Shown one piece after another: positions 58,061-64,000 of a stretch of DNA of 64,000 nt. Position numbers and translations under genes: made by a program. How positions within the stretch are numbered: the first letter of the stretch is position 1; each line of letters opens with the position of its first letter. Below the pieces are notes generated by a model. That model did no database searches and was not told the DNA's origin. It was given only the letters and a program-made list of their open reading frames with translations. This stretch comes from Candidatus Zixiibacteriota bacterium (lineage in GTDB: Bacteria > Zixibacteria > MSB-5A5 > CAIYYT01): positions 23,148-87,147 of the forward strand of contig JBECKX010000179.1 of assembly GCA_040235515.1 (NCBI GenBank). The letters run 5' to 3'.

Positions 58061-58795
58061 GTGACTGAATCGAAGAACTACGACATAGTTTCAATAGGTG
58101 CGCACCCGGATGATGTCGAAGTTGGCAGCGGTGGTGTAATCATCAAGATGTCGCAGGCCGGCTACAGGTGCGGGATTATCTATCTCACGCGCGGCGAGAT
58201 GGGCACGGGTGGTACGCCGGAGGTACGCGCGGGAGAGGCCAAGGCTGCCGCCGATATCATGGGAGCCGATCTGCTTGAAACCCTCGACCTCGGCGACACC
58301 AGAGTGGTCGACACCCCGGATAACCGCTATATCGTGGCGGAGCTGCTGCGGAGATACCGCCCGAAGATCGTGTTTGCTCCCTGGCCACGCGGCGGGCACG
58401 GCATGCGGCAAATGCACGCCGACCACCTCGCGGCGGGAAACCTCGTTATGCATGCCCGCTACTATGCTACGTTCAAGAAGTTACCGGTCGAGGGTGAGCC
58501 GTACCGTGTTCCGGCGCTTTTTCACTATTTCCTGCCTCATGACGAGACGCCGGATTTCGTGGTTGATATCACCGACCAGTTCGATCGCTGGATTGAGGCG
58601 CTGAAGGCGCATGGCTCGCAATTCGTGAACCCGGAGAAATCGAAGAATCGCGACTATATGTGGTTTCTGGAGACGATGGCACGCAGTTTCGGTCACCTGA
58701 TCGGCGTTAAGTATGGCCAGGGCTTCAAGATCGGAGAGCCGCTGTCGGTTGCTGATCCATTCGATTTGATTCCCGGCGAGAAACGCTGGCTCTAG
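58061..58795 (+). CDS. bshB1: PIG-L/LmbE family deacetylase, BshB1-like
   Basis: GAHPDDVE, LTRGEMGT, HADH, VVDIT, AHGSQF, IGVKYGQGF. Confidence 0.75.
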   Translation: MTESKNYDIVSIGAHPDDVEVGSGGVIIKMSQAGYRCGIIYLTRGEMGTGGTPEVRAGEAKAAADIMGADLLETLDLGDTRVVDTPDNRYIVAELLRRYRPKIVFAPWPRGGHGMRQMHADHLAAGNLVMHARYYATFKKLPVEGEPYRVPALFHYFLPHDETPDFVVDITDQFDRWIEALKAHGSQFVNPEKSKNRDYMWFLETMARSFGHLIGVKYGQGFKIGEPLSVADPFDLIPGEKRWL

Positions 58796-58892
58796 GCCAC
58801 GCAGCCTGCAGCAGAAGCCTCTGCCGCAATTTCTCAAGAATTTCAAAAAAAGTAGGAGACGATCCTGCAGGTTTCGCGTATATTTATTTAGT

Positions 58893-58914
58893 TATTTCGC
58901 TATATGACGAAATA
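58893..58914. promoter_or_regulatory. Inverted repeat, probable ArsR-family operator upstream of arsM
   Basis: TATTTCG-N8-CGAAATA in an AT-rich stretch 30 bp upstream of the start codon. Confidence 0.55.
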
Positions 58915-58943
58915 TAGAAAACAACAACAGATAGGAGAAATAG

Positions 58944-59708
58944 ATGTCGGATCAGAAGAATATCAAGGATACAGTCAGGGAGAAGTATGGTGAGATTGCC
59001 CGCGGCGAGGCCTCGTGTTGTTCACCGGTAAAGACCTCCTGCTGTGGTGGAGTGGATCAACAGATAATCGATCTCTCGCACGGTTATAACTCGGCCGATC
59101 TGGATTCGCTTCCGGAAGGCGCTTCGATGGGTCTGGGATGTGGTAATCCACTCAACCTGGCGGAGATCCAGCCCGGCTGGAAGGTGCTCGATCTTGGCAG
59201 CGGGGGTGGTGTGGATGTCTTCCTGGCGGCAAAAAAGGTTGGTCCCACCGGTCATGTGACCGGGCTCGATATGACCGACGATATGCTCGACAAGGCTCGC
59301 CGCAACGCTGAGGCGGGAGGGTTCGACAACGTGACGTTCACCAAGGGTGATATCGAGGAGATGCCGTTCGAGGACAACACGTTTGATCTGGTGATCTCCA
59401 ATTGTGTCATAAACCTCGTACCGGACAAGCGCAGAGCTTATCGCGAAATCCATCGAGTCCTGAAACCGGGCGGCAGAATCGGTATTGCCGATATGGCGAC
59501 TCGTGGCGAGATGCCCGCCGAGATCCGCAAGTCAGCCGAGGCGTGGGCCGGTTGCGTCGCCGGCGCGATCGACCTCGATGAGTACCTCGAACTCGTCAAG
59601 TCGGAAGGGTTCAAAGAGGTGGAGACCCGCTTCGAGAACGAGTATGATTTCGCCAGGTCCGCTGATTATGCGTTGCTGTCGATTGGACTGGTGGGGACGA
59701 AATCGTAA
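58944..59708 (+). CDS. arsM: Arsenite S-adenosylmethionine methyltransferase
   Basis: VREKYG, N-terminal CC pairs, GLGCGNP, LDLGSGGG, SNCVINL, WAGCVAGA. Confidence 0.9.
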   Translation: MSDQKNIKDTVREKYGEIARGEASCCSPVKTSCCGGVDQQIIDLSHGYNSADLDSLPEGASMGLGCGNPLNLAEIQPGWKVLDLGSGGGVDVFLAAKKVGPTGHVTGLDMTDDMLDKARRNAEAGGFDNVTFTKGDIEEMPFEDNTFDLVISNCVINLVPDKRRAYREIHRVLKPGGRIGIADMATRGEMPAEIRKSAEAWAGCVAGAIDLDEYLELVKSEGFKEVETRFENEYDFARSADYALLSIGLVGTKS

Positions 59709-59744
59709 TCAGGCCAACATAGACATTTCTGGCAAGAATAACGT

Positions 59745-59773
59745 TTGACAATCATTATTGTTGAGGCTACCAT
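59745..59773 (+). promoter_or_regulatory. Sigma70-type promoter
   Basis: TTGACA-17 bp-TACCAT upstream of the ORF at 59811. Confidence 0.65.
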
Positions 59774-59810
59774 TCCTCTCGGAAACTAAATCCTCCGGGA
59801 GGAATGTAAA

Positions 59811-60680
59811 ATGCTTAAAGGGTGTCTTTTGCGAATTGCCGCGGTGGCAGTTCTGGTGGTGCTGTTTTCCGCGAGTGCAGCGGTCGCTCAGGTTGGCTGG
59901 CTGAACCCCCACTTCGAGCAGCATCTCGGATTTGAGTTCAACAAGCCGTTTTTCAACGACAGCTTCAATGACGAATCTGCCTGGTCACTGTTCATGTCCG
60001 GAGAATTCAGCGTCAAACGCTCCGTGAATATCATCCTTGAGTTGCCGCTCTTCCACTCCTCCTATGACTGGAATGTTCCGTTTGAGCCCCCGGGCTTCTC
60101 AACATCAAAGACATTCGTCGGTAATCCTCTGATAGGCGTACGGCTCAGTGAAAACGGAACGGGGAACATCCTGGAATTTGGTCTTCGACTACCCCTGGTG
60201 ACCGATAATGCAGAGATTCACAGCCAGTACGCTATCCTTAGTCATTATCTTCGCGGTGAAGCTTTTGCCCAGAATACAGTTACGCTACAGGCACAGGTTG
60301 GCTACCGCTATGTGTCGAATATCGGGCTAATACTGATTGTAGCGGGGGGACCCCTGGCCTTGCTTTCCACCGATGACTATGAGTACACTGATGACGAGTT
60401 TTTCGGCAACTTCACTTTCCAGGTGTGGACCAAGATCAATCGCACTACGCTGGGTGGGACATTTTCGAGCCGAGTCTGGCTTTCGGAGAGCAATATCGAC
60501 TTTGGCGAAAGGCTCGACTCGGAGCTTCGCCTGGCGGTGCGTGCCCAGTATGGCCAGGTGGTTCCCGGAGCGCATATAGTAGTTCCGCTGGATGACTTCG
60601 TCGCTGAATTCGTTGATGTCGTTGTAGGATTGAACATCGCCTACTTTTTCGCTGAACCGGCGGTCACGGACAGGTGGTAA
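59811..60680 (+). CDS. Hypothetical outer-membrane beta-barrel protein
   Basis: GGAGG RBS, signal peptide (AVA), amphipathic beta strands. Confidence 0.65.
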   Translation: MLKGCLLRIAAVAVLVVLFSASAAVAQVGWLNPHFEQHLGFEFNKPFFNDSFNDESAWSLFMSGEFSVKRSVNIILELPLFHSSYDWNVPFEPPGFSTSKTFVGNPLIGVRLSENGTGNILEFGLRLPLVTDNAEIHSQYAILSHYLRGEAFAQNTVTLQAQVGYRYVSNIGLILIVAGGPLALLSTDDYEYTDDEFFGNFTFQVWTKINRTTLGGTFSSRVWLSESNIDFGERLDSELRLAVRAQYGQVVPGAHIVVPLDDFVAEFVDVVVGLNIAYFFAEPAVTDRW

Positions 60681-60702
60681 CGCTCGATCTGATGTGATGA
60701 CT

Positions 60703-60741
60703 CAAAAAGAAACGGCGGCCGAGGCTTGATCGACCGCCGTC
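60703..60741 (-). terminator. Rho-independent terminator of the SPFH gene
   Basis: ACGGCGG/CCGCCGT stem preceded on + by AAAAAGAA. Confidence 0.7.
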
Positions 60742-60769
60742 TAAACTACTCAAATGCCGTAGATTGTTA

Positions 60770-61597
60770 CTAGTTACCACCCAGGATCAGCGGCAGGCCA
60801 TTCTTCGGGTTGCCGATCACGATGATCTTGGTGTTCGGCGACTCAGCCAGCTTCTCGGTGGTCTCGATACCTTTCCACTGCAACAGCTTCTCGCTGATGC
60901 CTGCGGTTACGATCTTCTGGAAGTCGGCGATACCCTGCGCCTCGATCCGTTTGCGCTCAGCTTCCTGCTGCTCCTTCTGCAGGATGAACTCCATACGTTG
61001 AGCTTCCTGCTGAGCAGCCAGCTTCTCGTTGATTGCGTCGGAGATACGCTGCGGCAGTAGCACATCGCGGATAATGATATTCTGGACATCGATATACTTA
61101 TCGAGCGTCTTGGACTGTACCGCGCTCAGCATCTCGGAGGCAATCTCCTCCCGTTTGGTCGAGTAGAGTTCCTCAGGTTTGTAGCGACCGGCGATCGAGC
61201 GACCTTCGCCGCGCAACGCGGGAGCGACGATGACATCGTAGTAGTTGGGTCCGACGGTAACCTGCAGGCTGTCGAGTTTCGAGACGTCGGGACGATACCA
61301 TACCGAGACATCCATACTGATGGTGGCGCCATCGGAGGAAAGCAGCTTGAGCGTCTCTTTTGCTTCCTGCAGCTTGATATTGTAAGTAAAGATCGAGTTC
61401 CACGGCAGGTGCCAGTTGAAACCTTCGCTGTAAACCCTTCCCATTTCCGTACCGTCACCAAACTTGAAGTACTTGACGCCACGGTAACCTGAGTCGATCT
61501 GCGTGCCGCAGCCGACCAGCAACAGCGAGAGCAATAATATGCCGAGCACCCTCCAGTCCGAGAGTCGCAGCTTCTGCATTAACGTTCTATCTTGCAT
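60770..61597 (-). CDS. Prohibitin/SPFH domain protein
   Basis: EGFNWHLPW, AINEKLAAQQEAQRMEF, EAERKRIEAQGIA, GLPLILG. Confidence 0.92.
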   Translation of the reverse strand: MQDRTLMQKLRLSDWRVLGILLLSLLLVGCGTQIDSGYRGVKYFKFGDGTEMGRVYSEGFNWHLPWNSIFTYNIKLQEAKETLKLLSSDGATISMDVSVWYRPDVSKLDSLQVTVGPNYYDVIVAPALRGEGRSIAGRYKPEELYSTKREEIASEMLSAVQSKTLDKYIDVQNIIIRDVLLPQRISDAINEKLAAQQEAQRMEFILQKEQQEAERKRIEAQGIADFQKIVTAGISEKLLQWKGIETTEKLAESPNTKIIVIGNPKNGLPLILGGN

Positions 61598-61669
61598 GAG
61601 TTTTCCCTCCTCCTGCAGTTTGACTATCGTGTCAATTCTTCGATTTCCATTCGGCGTAGCAACGCAGCA

Positions 61670-63817
61670 CTAGTTCTTCGAACCGGGTGTGCCCGGCGCG
61701 GCATCCGACCTCGCCAGCACAAAGCGGGCATCGACAGCGCTGTTGTTCGCTTTTCCATGCGTTACAATAAAGGGGTTTATGTCAATTTCTGCAAAATCGG
61801 GAAAATCGATCACGAGTTGCGACAGCTTCAGGATGGCGTCCTCAATCGATGGCACATCCACCGGTTTGGAGCCACGGAAGCCGGTGAGGAGTTTGTAGCC
61901 GCGCAACGACTCGATCATCTCACGGGCGTCAACATCCTTCAACGGCGCGATGCGGAAGGAGACATCCTTCATCACTTCGACGTAGATACCACCCAGTCCG
62001 AACATGATCAACGGTCCGAACGACGGATCGGTGGTCATGCCGATTACGGTTTCGACACCGCCGGTGATCATCTTCTGCATCACCACCGAGAACTTTTCCT
62101 TGGTCTTCGGGAACGCCTTCATGATCCGCTTCTCCATCGCCTCATACGTCGCCTCGACCTCTTCGACGGTACGCAGATCAACTGCGACGGCGTCGTACTC
62201 TGTCTTGTGCAGGATAAACGGCGTATTGACCTTCATCACGACCGGCAGTCCCATTTGTCTCGCAACCTTGCCGGCTTCAGCTTTGGAATGGGCATACTTG
62301 TAACCGGCGACCGGGATTTTGTACGCTTGCAGAATTTCGAGTGCATCCTCACCGATGATCGCCGTCTGTTTCGCCTTGCGAGTCTTCTGGATGATCGCCT
62401 CTACAGCTTTCTTGTCGCCGTTGATTCGGGGGCTCTTGCCCTCGGGGCGTTCCAGCCACTTACGGTAATCATCAATCAGGGCCAGCGTTCTGGCGATCGA
62501 CTCCGGGAAGATCATCGCCGGAATGTTGGCGTCCTTGAGGCGTTCGAAGGCAGCTGATCCGTAAGTTACGCCCATAAAGCAGGCGAAGGTTGGTTTCTTC
62601 GACTCGCGGGCGGTATCGATGATGGCGTCCGCCACCAGGTTGAGGTCAATCGTCACCGGCGGTACGCAGATCGCGATAATCGAATCGATATTGGGGTCCT
62701 TCACCACATACTTCATCGACTTGCGGAACTCCACTCCGGTGGCGCCTGCCACCAGATCGAGCGGGTTATTGACAGGAGTTCCGGGCGGAAGGATCGGCTC
62801 GATCGCCTTGACGGTTTTCGGAGCGAACTCCGGCAGGGTCATGCCTTCCGTGATCAGGGCATCGGTGGCAAGAATTCCGGGACCACCGGCGTTGGTTACG
62901 ATTGCCACACGATTGCCTTTCGGCACCGGCATTTTCACCAGAGAATTGGCGACATCAAACATCTCGTCGATGGTGTTGACACGGATCACACCGGTTTGCT
63001 CGAAGAGCGCATCGACGCTGACATCAAGACCCGCCAGCGCTCCGGTGTGCGATGAAGCCGCCGCAGCACCTTTGGAGGTTTTGCCAGACTTCACGACAAC
63101 GATCGGCTTCTTCTTGGTAATCTCGCGTGCGATTTTGCTGAAGTTTTGCGGATTGCCGAAGTTCTCGAGGTAAAGCAGGATGATCTCCACGGTCGGGTCA
63201 TCCGCCCAATATTCGAGGATGTCATTCGACGAGATGTCGGCCTTATTGCCGATCGAGGCGAACATTGACATACCGAGGTTGATATCCTGCGCCTGTGCAA
63301 GAATGGCTTCGCCGAGCGCACCAGACTGTGAGATAAATCCGATTTTTCCAAATGATGGACGGATTTTGGAGAATGTGGCATCGAGTTGGACGCGTGGATC
63401 GGCGTTGATGATCCCGAAGCAGTTCGGGCCGATCATCCGCATGTTGTATTTGCGGATCTTGGCGGCGATTTTTTCCTCGAGTGCCAGGCCCGCAGCTCCG
63501 GTCTCGCGGAAGCCGGCGGTGATCATGACGATCCCCTTGACTCCCTTCTCGCCGCATTGTTCGACGACGCTCTCGGCGAGTTCTTTTTTTACCACGACTA
63601 CCGCCAGATCGACGGCATCGGGGACATCGAGGATCGTCGAGTATGATTTGATCGAGTGGATGACGCTCTTGCCGGGGTTGACCGGAAAGACTTTCCCTTC
63701 GAATTCGTAGTCGATGATATTATGAAGTAACTCGCGCCCGATCGAGCCTTTGCGGTTGGTCGCACCGATCACCGCGATCGATTTGGGGCGGAATATAAAA
63801 TCGAGACTGCCTTTCAC
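61670..63817 (-). CDS. Acyl/acetate-CoA ligase (ADP-forming), fused alpha/beta
   Basis: PKSIAVIGA, IGPNCFG, SQSGALG, SHTGALAG, TNAGGPG, ATP-grasp FGPLIMFGLGG, EIDINP. Confidence 0.92.
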   Translation of the reverse strand: MKGSLDFIFRPKSIAVIGATNRKGSIGRELLHNIIDYEFEGKVFPVNPGKSVIHSIKSYSTILDVPDAVDLAVVVVKKELAESVVEQCGEKGVKGIVMITAGFRETGAAGLALEEKIAAKIRKYNMRMIGPNCFGIINADPRVQLDATFSKIRPSFGKIGFISQSGALGEAILAQAQDINLGMSMFASIGNKADISSNDILEYWADDPTVEIILLYLENFGNPQNFSKIAREITKKKPIVVVKSGKTSKGAAAASSHTGALAGLDVSVDALFEQTGVIRVNTIDEMFDVANSLVKMPVPKGNRVAIVTNAGGPGILATDALITEGMTLPEFAPKTVKAIEPILPPGTPVNNPLDLVAGATGVEFRKSMKYVVKDPNIDSIIAICVPPVTIDLNLVADAIIDTARESKKPTFACFMGVTYGSAAFERLKDANIPAMIFPESIARTLALIDDYRKWLERPEGKSPRINGDKKAVEAIIQKTRKAKQTAIIGEDALEILQAYKIPVAGYKYAHSKAEAGKVARQMGLPVVMKVNTPFILHKTEYDAVAVDLRTVEEVEATYEAMEKRIMKAFPKTKEKFSVVMQKMITGGVETVIGMTTDPSFGPLIMFGLGGIYVEVMKDVSFRIAPLKDVDAREMIESLRGYKLLTGFRGSKPVDVPSIEDAILKLSQLVIDFPDFAEIDINPFIVTHGKANNSAVDARFVLARSDAAPGTPGSKN

Positions 63818-64000
63818 GTTATCTACACCTCGCGTAATTGCCTGGTTTTGCGCTTAAGGTAGCGCGGACAAGATAGTATCTCTCAATACGCAGGCAACGT
63901 GATTGGGAGTGGGTGGAATGTCAAGGGGAAAGTGATTTACATCGCCGTTACTACACCATACTCTTCGATTGTAGATACGATGAGTAGCAGGTATGACACG

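Noticed and set aside
61592..62557. Long antisense or alternative-frame ORFs (also 29119-30045, 33448-34287, 11544-12350 and others)
   Set aside because: They overlap well-supported genes, lack motifs, and are expected shadows in GC-rich coding DNA.
1..64000. CRISPR array, transposase, integrase or prophage
   Set aside because: No regularly spaced repeats with unique spacers and no ORF with recognisable Cas, transposase, recombinase or phage motifs.

Overview
Bacterial chromosomal window, gene-dense and moderately GC-rich. It probably comes from candidate phylum Zixibacteria or a related FCB-group lineage; this is an inference from the style of the C-terminal dockerin and Por/T9SS-type sorting domains. 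Contents from left to right: (1) an operon built around arsS, with DUF547, four glycosyltransferase-like genes, an AhpD-like protein and the ArsS radical SAM enzyme; (2) a complete Bacteroidetes-style cbb3 oxidase operon (ccoI-S-NO-Q-P-G-H-dsbD-like); (3) housekeeping and redox genes with tRNA-Ser(CGA) and tadA; (4) a peroxiredoxin-like selenoprotein split by the ORF caller at an in-frame UGA (UPYC motif) and followed by a SECIS-like hairpin; (5) a candidate orphan structured ncRNA; (6) a GAF/PAS histidine kinase with two response regulators; (7) tRNA-Ser(GGA) and a PEGA-FHA-PP2C phosphosignalling operon; (8) two T9SS-type secreted proteins, one with a cohesin-like domain, and three dockerin-tailed proteases (one M43, two clan-CD cysteine peptidases), suggesting a cellulosome-like protease complex; (9) a FadL-like porin paired with an apparently inactive esterase-fold lipoprotein; (10) bshB1-like, arsM, SPFH and acyl-CoA synthetase genes. 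I found no CRISPR array, integrase or transposase. All family assignments come from motif recognition by eye, not from database searches.
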